A stretch of DNA of 64,000 nt from a bacterium (GTDB taxonomy: Bacteria > SM23-31), in assembly GCA_965249485.1 (NCBI GenBank), contig OZ252239.1:256001-320000 (forward strand), read 5' to 3'. Shown here one piece after another: positions 41,811-51,289 of the stretch. Numbering within the stretch: position 1 is the stretch's first letter; every line of letters begins with the position of its first letter. The notes under the pieces were generated by a model. That model was not told where the DNA came from, did not search any database, and was given only the letters and a program-made list of their open reading frames with translations. The position numbers and the translations under genes are program-made.

Positions 41811-42881
41811 TTATAATAAAGAGATGAATATGATTGGAATAATAAAAAATAACACAATGACGTATAGTACCAATAATATCCTGTATTTACCAATCAGAAT
41901 TGAAAATTTAGACGCCAGCCAAATAGGGATCTTTCTTAATGCTGTAAATAATGTTATGCCAAAAATATTAAATAACAGATGGGAAAAAGCGATTTGTATG
42001 GCGACAATATTTCCTGTTGAAAACGATGCAAGAAGCGCAGTTACAGTAGTACCGACATTTGATCCGAGAGTATACGGATATATTTGCTGCAATGTCAATA
42101 TTCCCGCCCCCGCAAGAGGGATAATGAGAGATGTACTGATCGAACTGCTCTGTACCAACGCAGTTACCACAATGCCGAGCAATAATGAAAGGGAATATGT
42201 CCGAAAAATATATTGATCGAAAAACACCTCGACTTTGTGGACTGTAAGAGATTTGATGATCTTTGTAATATATCTCAAGACAAAAAACATGCATAGAAAC
42301 GCAATGATCACCATGAGTATTCCCGAATTGCCCGTAGCTGTGATTGTCAGTTTAACAAGCGGATTGACTAAGGTCTTAATCGGGCTCGAAAATTTAAGTC
42401 CGCCCGCTCCTTCGAATATTCGCGCTACAAAGATAGCCGATTTTCCTAAAAAATTGGTGTAGTATTGGACCGGAAATAACGCCAAAACGGAGAGGAAATT
42501 GAAAAAGTCATGGACCACTGCCGATGAAGCAGCCTGCTGAAATTCTATTTTTTTTGTAATATAGCTTATTGAAATAACCGTATTCGTAACACTTGTTCCA
42601 ATATTGGCTCCCATAATAATCGGGATGGCATTATGGAGCGAAAGAATATCCCCTGCGGCAAGAGCGACGACAACCGACGTCGTGGTGGATGAACTTTGAA
42701 TAACACTGGTGGCTAAAATTCCGATAAGAAGTCCGACAACAGGATTTTCGGTCGTTGAAATAATCGTTTCGACGAAATCACTGCCGAAAAATTTCAGAGC
42801 GCTGCCGAGCAGAATAATACTATAAAAAAATAAAAATAAAAGGAAAAGAAGCAGGATGATCTTTGGTATGGTAGATCGCAT
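41811..42881 (-). CDS. Na+/phosphate cotransporter (NptA/SLC34-like)
   Basis: Two QSSS repeats, MGANIGTSVTN, VHDFFN, LGSNVGTTVT, HLLFN. Confidence 0.9.
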   Translation of the reverse strand: MRSTIPKIILLLFLLFLFFYSIILLGSALKFFGSDFVETIISTTENPVVGLLIGILATSVIQSSSTTTSVVVALAAGDILSLHNAIPIIMGANIGTSVTNTVISISYITKKIEFQQAASSAVVHDFFNFLSVLALFPVQYYTNFLGKSAIFVARIFEGAGGLKFSSPIKTLVNPLVKLTITATGNSGILMVIIAFLCMFFVLRYITKIIKSLTVHKVEVFFDQYIFRTYSLSLLLGIVVTALVQSSSISTSLIIPLAGAGILTLQQIYPYTLGSNVGTTVTALLASFSTGNIVAIQIAFSHLLFNIFGITLFTALRKIPIWLASKFSILIGKYRILLVLYVIVLFFIIPIIFISLL

Positions 42882-43159
42882 ATTCAAGAATTTAACGTCT
42901 GATTAATTTATTTGGCCAATGTTCTTTTTTTTGTTAATGTTTCCGACCAGTGCGGTTGCCATGCTTTACTCCTGATTTTGCATAGTAAAATGTGCAAATG
43001 TACTATAAAATTTATTAAAATTCAATTGATTTATCTGAATTAAACAAAGAGCAAGTACTCGATAATCTAATTGTTGATTTGAGGGAAAAGTCTGGATGGA
43101 TAAATACTAATTGCCTGGAGCTGAAATATTTTCGTATTGATGAATACCAGTGCGTAAGA

Positions 43160-44731
43160 TTATTTCTGGGGATAGTACAGCAGGGTAAACTTTGTTTTCA
43201 TCCGTGATAAAACAGTGATGTGAGATTGTAGAATATCGGATCGTGTGATCCTGATCAGAAAGAAACTAAAAAAACTGCCGGAATTGCCTCCGAAACTACT
43301 TGTGAAAAAACTGCTAATCGCAGATTGCTGGGAATTAAGCAGGTTTAATGTCTTCTGCAGCTCAGTAAATTTTCTTCTGAGGCTCGCTTCCTGAACGAGA
43401 AGCCGGGCTTCATAATTTTTGATCCGGGAGTCAATACTCGTAAGTTGTCTTTTTATACTGTCTTGTCCTCTGTCGACGGCACCGCCTCTATCGACAAATC
43501 GGTCGAGCAGCGTATCAAGCTGTTTTGCAACACCGTTTTCCGAGGAGAACAAATTTGTGACCTGATCAGTTTTGGTCGTCAGGGCCTCATTGAGCTTTTC
43601 GCTGTCTTTGATTGAAATTGTTCCCTCACGTGATACATCAAGTCCGATCTGTGATAGGAGTTGAAATTCGCCGCTCGGCAAACCTGTGACTGAGTTGGAA
43701 ATAAGGCTTCTTAGACTAAACTTCAACCCCGTAAAGACGGCATCTCCGGTAAAGTCTCCCCTAGTGAAATTGGTTGTATCGACTTTTGTCTTCTCATTCA
43801 GATAAGTTATCGCAGCATTATATTTCTCAATGAAAGTATCAATTCCGGCTTTGGCACTTGTTGTGTCGTTGGTGACGGTGATTGTCAGCGGAGAATCATC
43901 GATTTCCTGAGCCCTCAGAAGCTTAAATGTAACACCGTCGATGATATCGCTGATTTCATTGGTACCCTTGACAATATCGACGCCGTCGACATTAAGCAGG
44001 GCATCGAGATCGGCGGTATTTTGCTGAAGAAAACCGCCATTGGTTCCGGTTGTCTGCCGTCTGTTACCGCCGACAGTGAGATATTTTAATTTTCTTAGGA
44101 TGTTCGAACCGTTAATCTCGTTCAGATCCAGCGTATTTTCTGATCCGGTTTTTGAACCTTTAATGACCAGACGAGCCGTGGTTGACGTATCATGAATGAC
44201 CGAAGCCGATACTCCTTCGAGATCCGATTCATTGATCGCATCCAGGACTTTATTCATGACGTCTTCATCGGTGTCTGTAGCTTCCACATTCACACTGATG
44301 GTAATGGGATCGTCGCTTCCGACTGAAATCGTAAATTCCTGAAGACCAAGCGATTCTCCGGCAAGAAACGTTCCTGATAAATCAAGTTGCCGCGAAATAC
44401 CGGTATCATTCGATGCCAATCTGTCTATATTTACTGCGTAACTTCCGACAAGTGCAGATGCTGATGCGGATACTGTCAAAAAGCTGGTATTGCTCGAAAT
44501 GGCCGACTTTTTACTGAGCGTATTAAGCGTGCCGACACCTGATAGAGAGCCCGATATTTTCTGTAGGGCACTCAATTTTGATTTCAGGTCCGTATAGACC
44601 GCAACCCGTCTGTCCAGATTGGTCTTTGACGATTCCAGATCGGTGATCGGCCGTCTCTCCGGCACCATAAACTGATCAACTAATGTTTGAATACTGTTGG
44701 CGCCGCTCGTAACTGATGATATAGCTACCAC
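43160..44731 (-). CDS. fliD: Flagellar filament cap protein FliD, orphan
   Basis: LVDQFM.PERRPI N-terminus, DA.LNVDGV.I....NEISDIIDGVTFKL, LSQIG, LRRKFTEL...L..LNSQ; GAGGAG SD before GTG. Confidence 0.9.
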   Translation of the reverse strand: MVAISSVTSGANSIQTLVDQFMVPERRPITDLESSKTNLDRRVAVYTDLKSKLSALQKISGSLSGVGTLNTLSKKSAISSNTSFLTVSASASALVGSYAVNIDRLASNDTGISRQLDLSGTFLAGESLGLQEFTISVGSDDPITISVNVEATDTDEDVMNKVLDAINESDLEGVSASVIHDTSTTARLVIKGSKTGSENTLDLNEINGSNILRKLKYLTVGGNRRQTTGTNGGFLQQNTADLDALLNVDGVDIVKGTNEISDIIDGVTFKLLRAQEIDDSPLTITVTNDTTSAKAGIDTFIEKYNAAITYLNEKTKVDTTNFTRGDFTGDAVFTGLKFSLRSLISNSVTGLPSGEFQLLSQIGLDVSREGTISIKDSEKLNEALTTKTDQVTNLFSSENGVAKQLDTLLDRFVDRGGAVDRGQDSIKRQLTSIDSRIKNYEARLLVQEASLRRKFTELQKTLNLLNSQQSAISSFFTSSFGGNSGSFFSFFLIRITRSDILQSHITVLSRMKTKFTLLYYPQK

Positions 44732-44808
44732 GAACTTCCTCCTTTGGAAAACGTGCCAAAGTACTCACCGTATAATAATAGTCGCTTAACTATTTCAATT
44801 CACCATTG

Positions 44809-44836
44809 TTATCGGTAAAAATACCGGATAACTTTA
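44809..44836 (-). promoter_or_regulatory. Sigma-28 promoter of fliD
   Basis: TAAA(GTTA)-N16-ACCGATAA on the minus strand; fliD is a classic sigma-28 target. Confidence 0.7.
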
Positions 44837-44960
44837 GTGATGAGGATCACATCCTGCATAACGTGCTTCACATGCTTGAGCACAAATAGCGGAGATTCGG
44901 GACTTTGCCCCATGGACAATTGCAAAATAGTTTTGACATCGATGTATATTTGTTATACAT

Positions 44961-44988
44961 TGCAGTTTAATTGGTATATTGTCGATAC
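44961..44988 (+). promoter_or_regulatory. Putative sigma-28 promoter, divergent from fliD
   Basis: TGCA(GTTT)-N16-GTCGATAC. Confidence 0.4.
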
Positions 44989-45089
44989 TATTAACGGTTG
45001 GGGCAGTCGGTTTTTCTACAGAGAATACGTGTTGAAAAACGAACTTTTTAGTGCCTGTTATAGTTAATAGTATAGAGGAGATAAATGCA

Positions 45090-45442
45090 ATGGGTAGCAA
45101 CTTTAAAAATTATGCATTTGCAAGCTCGGATGATCCTCTTGGAACATTTATGCTTATAATCCTTGGACTCATAGCAGTCTATATCGGTTATAAGTCATTT
45201 CTCTATTATATGGATCGGCGCAAGTGGAGTTGGTTTCTGCAGTTATGCAAAGAGAAAAAAATGAATCAGAAGGAAGCTTCCTACCTGAAAAATGTCGTAA
45301 TGCGGAAAAAATAGTCAGCTCGGACGAATTATATGGTTCGATCTATTCGCTCAATCTTCCCAGTCCGATCAAGAGAAAACTGCTCTGGGATGATGAACCA
45401 GTCAGTCAAGCGCCTCGGCGTCCGTCTCGTGTTCAGCGGTAA
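45090..45442 (+). CDS. Small single-pass membrane protein, apparently frameshifted at the A6 run 45306-45311
   Basis: GAGGAG SD; TM segment then WSWFLQLCKEKKMNQKEASYL; adding one A joins KK to IVSSDELYGSIYSLNLP. Confidence 0.6.
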
Positions 45443-45460
45443 TAATTGAGGTGCCGCGAA

Positions 45461-46726
45461 CTACATTTCTGCTGAATTTGACCGGATAAGATTTAGCAGG
45501 TCCTCACCACACACATTCCATTTTTTGTTTCCAAAACCTATTACCTTTTTTAATTCATCTTCTGTTACTGGAGATTTTTGTGCAATCCGTTTTAACACCT
45601 CATCAGAAAAAAGCACAAATGCAGGTATGTTGAGCTCTATTGCACGTCTACGCCTAAAATTACGCAGTATTTCAATGAGCGCTCTGTCGACTTTTTCACC
45701 TTCTTCCAGATTATAACGTTTTGGTAGATTAACAGGATGAACAGGAAATGCTCCAATTATCTTTTTTCCGACCGGACTCAAAAAGATCGTCGGATATATT
45801 CCTAAAGTGCGTTTCAGGTATCCATTTTCATAGAGTATCTCAAACAGGTCTTCAATATTTATTCTTTCCTGATTGTGCAGTGCACCGAATGTCTCTGCAT
45901 TGTGAAGGCCAAAACGCATGATTCGGCCAGTTTTTTTACCGAGTAATACATCAATCAATATATTTTTTCCGAATTTTTCTCGTGTTTCAGCTATACAGAG
46001 CAGTACTGTATGAACATTTTCCTGCTCATTCTTAAATTGGACCGAGCGATCTAATTCCGTAATCCGGCAGTTATCGCAATTGCCACACTCCTTAGCATTC
46101 CTATCTAAATCTAACGCCGCATTCAAGTACCGGAGCCTGCAAGTGCGTGCTACTGCATATCCTTCCATCACATCGAGATCAGCAAGACGGCGGTCCTTAA
46201 AACTTACGTACTGTGAGTCTGCTGTTACAGTAATAATATTTTCGTGATAATAGCGGTCTTGCGGATTATACAGAAGAACAACATAGACATCTTTCACAGA
46301 TTTGCTGAGATTTCTGAAGGTATGAACATACTCACGGACCGTTGCGGGCATACACCAGAACACAATAAAGTGGAACACCGGAGAGGTTATGTAGTGAGAT
46401 AGTTCTTCTTCTATAACGAGAGACTGGTCATGGCGGGGGAGAAATTCGTTTTGTTTTTTCAGATACTCTTCCGGGCGATCGACACTACTCAGGGAAAGGA
46501 ATCGGTACGAAACATTATCGAGCACTTCACAAACGAGGTCTGTCACACTATTGTCAGGTGTTATAATGAGGCCCGGGCCGGTAAGCGTCCTAATGATATT
46601 TACCAATTTTTCCCGTTTTGGTTCAGCGGGACTTACAGTGCACCTGAGATTAGGTAATAAATAGGAACGCCAGGCAGCTGTTTTTAACTTCTCCAATGCT
46701 GATGTATTCACATCTGAAACAATCAT
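45461..46726 (-). CDS. RecQ-like protein with degenerate helicase core and intact Zn, RQC and HRDC domains
   Basis: CR...CGNCDNC, FG...LIDVLLG...TFGAL, LRNFRRRRA..LNIPAFVLFSD..L..IA...P.T..EL..V.GFG; no Walker A or DEAH. Confidence 0.8.
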   Translation of the reverse strand: MIVSDVNTSALEKLKTAAWRSYLLPNLRCTVSPAEPKREKLVNIIRTLTGPGLIITPDNSVTDLVCEVLDNVSYRFLSLSSVDRPEEYLKKQNEFLPRHDQSLVIEEELSHYITSPVFHFIVFWCMPATVREYVHTFRNLSKSVKDVYVVLLYNPQDRYYHENIITVTADSQYVSFKDRRLADLDVMEGYAVARTCRLRYLNAALDLDRNAKECGNCDNCRITELDRSVQFKNEQENVHTVLLCIAETREKFGKNILIDVLLGKKTGRIMRFGLHNAETFGALHNQERINIEDLFEILYENGYLKRTLGIYPTIFLSPVGKKIIGAFPVHPVNLPKRYNLEEGEKVDRALIEILRNFRRRRAIELNIPAFVLFSDEVLKRIAQKSPVTEDELKKVIGFGNKKWNVCGEDLLNLIRSNSAEM

Positions 46727-46843
46727 TTATTATTGTTAAAACTGCAAATAACCAGGAGATACTCGTTGAGCGTGTTTACAGTACATCAATAAACCGCGCT
46801 ACAAATGAAAATAATTGGATACTCCTATGCAAATAATTTCTGC

Positions 46844-47407
46844 TTAGTTACCCAATGCATTTATAATAGCATCTAAAAGCGTATCATTAGGAATAATTCC
46901 CTGGTTCACCGCACTCCATTGTATTGTCCCGTCTGTCCCGATGAGAAAATACGAGCGCATGGCAAAAGGGCCATTATCGCTCAAAACACCATAAGCGTTT
47001 ATCACATTTTGGGCAGGATCATTGAGGAGTGGAAAGGAAAGTCCCATCTCTGCTGCGAATCCTTTATTGTCTTCAAAACTATCTGCGCTGATACCGAAGA
47101 GCTGTATATCGAGATCCAGAAACTTCTGGATTTCACCCTCAAAGTTTGAGAGTTCTTCGCGTCAGCCGCCAGTGAACGCTTTTGGATAAAACGCCAACAG
47201 TACCGGCTTTTCTTTCAGAACATTACCGAGAACGATGTTGTTTCCTTCAGGTGTCCCCGGCAAGGTAAATAAGGGAGCCTGGTCTCCGACAGAAAGGTTA
47301 ACTGATAGCACGGCATTCTCCTCTGTACGGGCATCACCCGAATCCCCGGTACACGAGATGAGTACCATCCCTGACAGGGTCAGGAAAAGTAAAAGGAATC
47401 TATACAT
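46844..47407 (-). CDS. Lipoprotein peroxiredoxin (AhpC/TSA, BCP-like) with selenocysteine encoded by TGA 47162-47164; 187 aa
   Basis: LISC lipobox; FYPKAFTGG-[TGA]-REE, continuing in frame to FGISAD, FPLLND, AYGV, RSYFLIG.DG.I; hairpins 3' of the UGA. Confidence 0.88.
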
Positions 47408-47545
47408 TGTGAACCTCTTGGTTTTTTTGAAACAATTAGTTGATTTATGGCTTTATATATTATAAGAATTGAATTGCTGCTTATACTATACATGATATAA
47501 ATCAGATTTAAATGTATTCAATACTCAGGAAATGGTGCACCATGT

Positions 47546-48349
47546 TTAATTAATCAATCTTATTTTTCTTTTTTGATATTCTTCAGTGTTGAGGATACGG
47601 GTGTTGTTCACGACCATTGCAGCAATATTAGCCTGGGCTCTGTTGATTCTATCAGTAGGAGCGGGGTGTGTAGAGAGCATATTTTCGACAAATGTCGGTT
47701 CCGATTCTCTAAGCTCGGCAAGTTTTTCAAAAAAAGTCACGAAACCATTTGGTTCGTATCCAAGTTCGTTTATGTATCTGACACCGAAATCGTCCGATTC
47801 AAATTCATTATTTCTACCGTAGTTTAACATACCGATCCCGCCCAGTATTTCTGCTGCCATTTGTTCCATCTGGCCGGGATTATTTCCAAGTACAATAGCG
47901 AGGAGAATCTGATACCCATACATCGAGGTCAGCCGCTTCATACCGTGTCGACCGACAACATGGCCTACTTCATGTGCAAGCACTCCTGCAACTTCTGCTT
48001 CATTGTCGGCGCGCAGCAACAGACCAGAATATATATAGATAAATCCTCCTGGGAGTGCAAACGCGTTAATCGTTGATGTATCGTCGACAACATTGAAAGT
48101 ATATTCAATATCAGGACGGTCAGTTACTAAAACAATTCGCTGCCCAATACCGTCGATAAATTCTGCCCACTCATCATTGTCCAATATTGTCAGCTCCTTT
48201 TCGATTTCCTGCGAAAACTCCCTTCCCATTTCTACTTCCTGATTGGTAGAAAATAAATTTGCTCCGCAGGAAAGCAGACACAAAATGCTGAAACCGAGAA
48301 CATAATAAACAAATTGATATATAAGCGATGTTACCTTGCCATAATTCAT
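47546..48349 (-). CDS. M48-family metalloprotease lipoprotein
   Basis: LLSC lipobox, INAFALPGG, LAHEVGH, E.ESD, LSTHP...RI; start chosen at MNYGK. Confidence 0.9.
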   Translation of the reverse strand: MNYGKVTSLIYQFVYYVLGFSILCLLSCGANLFSTNQEVEMGREFSQEIEKELTILDNDEWAEFIDGIGQRIVLVTDRPDIEYTFNVVDDTSTINAFALPGGFIYIYSGLLLRADNEAEVAGVLAHEVGHVVGRHGMKRLTSMYGYQILLAIVLGNNPGQMEQMAAEILGGIGMLNYGRNNEFESDDFGVRYINELGYEPNGFVTFFEKLAELRESEPTFVENMLSTHPAPTDRINRAQANIAAMVVNNTRILNTEEYQKRKIRLIN

Positions 48350-48437
48350 TGTCAGTCTTTCATTAATCTGAGCTATATATGATAGCACAACAAATATACA
48401 CACATCAACTAGCTAATTCCAAAACTTTTGCGAAATC

Positions 48438-49547
48438 TTATGAAGATTTTTCAGACTTTTTTGCCATCTGTATCTGCGACACCATCTGTATAATTGCATC
48501 TCTTGTCTTATCATGAACGGTATTGAATTCCACAAATACTTTATATTGTTCATCTATTGTATCGGCTCTGATAACTCTTCCCATAATACCCTTAAATGAT
48601 TGTTCTTTCGAAACAATCAACTCTACACGTAATACAGTGTCAGACTCAAGCTTTTTGTTAGTGAAAAATGAAACTCCGCCGCCGCTCAAATTTGTCACTT
48701 TGCCAAGAAAGCTGTCAGTTGGTGTATCTTCCGGAAACGTTCCATGATTCATAAAGAAGTTCTCATCATTATCAGAGATTATAAAAAATCTCCCGGTAAA
48801 ATTGGTGCGAATTCTGAAAAAATGCCGCCGCTGCTTTCTGGAGAATTCTTCGGAATGCTTAAAGGTTGCCGTATTATCGATTACTTTCGATACAACAATC
48901 AATGGAAACCGGTATCCAGCATCCCGCTCCCGCCAGTAATAGCCGTCAAACAGTGCTTGCGGTATAAATAGGTGGGCATTCGTCCCGAATGAATCATCAC
49001 GTAGTGTAATATGCGTCCGTGTATTTTCGGCAATTACCGTATGAAGAAATCGTTTTCCCTTTTCGGTCGGAACGGTTACACGGATTTTCTGATTTGGAGG
49101 AATCTGCCGGGTCGAGCGGAGGTTGTCCTGAGAGTGGAACTCCTTCATAAATATTTTCTCACGGACACTATCGACAAGTTCTTCTAATTCATCGTTATCG
49201 TATACTTCCATGTCAGGCAAAGTGGATTCCAAAAAATTTTTAGCTGTGTTGTCGTAGAATCGAACAGACTGAATAAGCTTTTGTGGATTATTCGGACAGA
49301 ATTTCTGAGCAAGCATGACCAGAATGTCTGCTTCTTCTTCGGAAAGATCCCGCATTTCGGCAATTTTATGAAACCAGTTCCACTCAAACGCAAGCGTTCT
49401 CCGTTTACGCTTTTTTGATAGGGTCAATTGCCACATAAAAAGTAATATGAGTACTACAATTCCGAGGAAATGAATATAATAAAGGGATTCGTTGGATGGT
49501 GCTACAATGCGGAATTTATCTAATATATATATCCAGGAATCATCCAT
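48438..49547 (-). CDS. Membrane-anchored PilZ/YcgR-type (flagellar brake-like) protein
   Basis: N-terminal TM segment; QRRHFFRI (RxxxR) and NLSGGG (D/NxSxxG) c-di-GMP motifs. Confidence 0.85.
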   Translation of the reverse strand: MDDSWIYILDKFRIVAPSNESLYYIHFLGIVVLILLFMWQLTLSKKRKRRTLAFEWNWFHKIAEMRDLSEEEADILVMLAQKFCPNNPQKLIQSVRFYDNTAKNFLESTLPDMEVYDNDELEELVDSVREKIFMKEFHSQDNLRSTRQIPPNQKIRVTVPTEKGKRFLHTVIAENTRTHITLRDDSFGTNAHLFIPQALFDGYYWRERDAGYRFPLIVVSKVIDNTATFKHSEEFSRKQRRHFFRIRTNFTGRFFIISDNDENFFMNHGTFPEDTPTDSFLGKVTNLSGGGVSFFTNKKLESDTVLRVELIVSKEQSFKGIMGRVIRADTIDEQYKVFVEFNTVHDKTRDAIIQMVSQIQMAKKSEKSS

Positions 49548-49571
49548 AATTAAATAAGAAAAAGTACCGAC

Positions 49572-51182
49572 CTAATTAGTAAAAACTTTTTTCATAAGTT
49601 CAACAACTATCTCCCATATCGAGAGATTGAGGCTGTAATCTTTCCTGAGCTGCACTGCTTGGACAGATCTCCCCTGAGAAATCAACATGTTGTAGGCATC
49701 CTTCGCCACTTCCTGAGTCTTTGTTTTGGGAATTCTCATCTTTTTGCGCAAATCGACGGCATCCTCATACTTACCAGACTCCATTTGTTTCTGCCAGATG
49801 ATAAATGCTGCATTAACAACTCGTTTTTCCCTCAGTTTAAAATGCAGGGCAATATTGGTTGAAAGCTCCATTTGACCATTTTCATAGGCCTCATTGAAAC
49901 TTGCCTTTGCTTCTGCTTTAATATCAGCGGAAGACACTCGCACGTTCAGCTCTTCGACTATTTCAAATGCCTCGAGAAATTTACGTGACTTCAACTGTTT
50001 AATGAGCGAAGTCGAGACAATTTCATTGAGTTTTTCGCCCTTTAACTGATATTCTTCGATTACTGTTTTTACCTCATCTATTTTACCGCGTAAAATTGAA
50101 TTTTTCAAAAATTCCGATGAAACATTAGTAACGGTTTCAATACTGTTGGTGATAATATTTTCATTGAACAGCTTGTAGTTATCCTTCACAGTACGTGCGG
50201 CCAGCAGATTATCTTGCTGCATAAAATTATGGTGTAGTTTCTCAGCAGTTTCAATTATTCTTACTTTTATATCCGCGGGCACAATATTCGATAAGAGTCT
50301 AAAATTTTCGACAATCCGAAAGGCTGAATTATAATTCCCTGAAGTGAGAATATTATTGTGCAGAAACGCCACTTCTGCAATCGTTTCTTTCATCAATGAA
50401 CCGATATATGCACTAAAATCTCTGTTTTCTATGAGTTTCAGTGTCTCGATAAGTGTCGCTAACTGATCAACTTTTTCTCTTGAAATGAGATCTTTGACAA
50501 CATTTTCAATAAATACTTTGGAGAAATTCTTGAATTCGAACTTATCAACCTGACTGAGGTCCCTGTCACTGATTATACTGTAATTTTCCTCAAGGCGAGC
50601 AAATTCATTAATTTTGTTTTCTCCAAGAAGGACAAAATATGCACGAAGTCCGGCTGTGAGCGTCCGCTTCCTTGAAATATCAAATTCTGTACCCAGTATT
50701 AAGGCTTTCGGGTAGGATTGATTTTCAAAATAGATATTAAACCATCTTCGAGCTTGGCTTGCAATAAGATCAAACGGGATTTTGAAATTATTCTTAAATT
50801 CTATTGCTTTTACTACGTCACGAGAATCGAGGGCTTCATTAAATGCCTTTACTCCTGCGTTTATGATTTCACTTTCAGGAATTTTATACTTTCTGCCCCA
50901 CTCAACAGCTTTGTCAAATTCTTTATTAGCTATATATAACCGGAACTGCGAATTTACCGCTTCAATCCGTAACTCACTTGGAAGACCGTAATTTTCACCA
51001 AGCTTATAGGCAAGGTTATATTTTTTTGTCTTCATGAGCTCCAGAAAGGCTTTCTCTGCAATACCGATTACTTCGATGGCCGAAACAGAGTGATCTTTTT
51101 CCAACATCTCTGCCTCGGAGAAATTACCTCCGACCATTTGCTCAAGAAGCGATTGTTTTAATTCGGCGCTTTCTATTACCAT
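49572..51182 (-). CDS. Alpha-solenoid protein with a 34-aa repeat
   Basis: YGLP, YKIP, FKIP, FDIS recur every 34 aa. Confidence 0.75.
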   Translation of the reverse strand: MVIESAELKQSLLEQMVGGNFSEAEMLEKDHSVSAIEVIGIAEKAFLELMKTKKYNLAYKLGENYGLPSELRIEAVNSQFRLYIANKEFDKAVEWGRKYKIPESEIINAGVKAFNEALDSRDVVKAIEFKNNFKIPFDLIASQARRWFNIYFENQSYPKALILGTEFDISRKRTLTAGLRAYFVLLGENKINEFARLEENYSIISDRDLSQVDKFEFKNFSKVFIENVVKDLISREKVDQLATLIETLKLIENRDFSAYIGSLMKETIAEVAFLHNNILTSGNYNSAFRIVENFRLLSNIVPADIKVRIIETAEKLHHNFMQQDNLLAARTVKDNYKLFNENIITNSIETVTNVSSEFLKNSILRGKIDEVKTVIEEYQLKGEKLNEIVSTSLIKQLKSRKFLEAFEIVEELNVRVSSADIKAEAKASFNEAYENGQMELSTNIALHFKLREKRVVNAAFIIWQKQMESGKYEDAVDLRKKMRIPKTKTQEVAKDAYNMLISQGRSVQAVQLRKDYSLNLSIWEIVVELMKKVFTN

Positions 51183-51289
51183 TACAATACCATATCATTA
51201 AGGTCAGCAATTATGATTTCACTATCGCTGTTCAATGGAAAAATAAATCTTTTTATAAAAAGTTAATACATGACTACATTATCACATTA

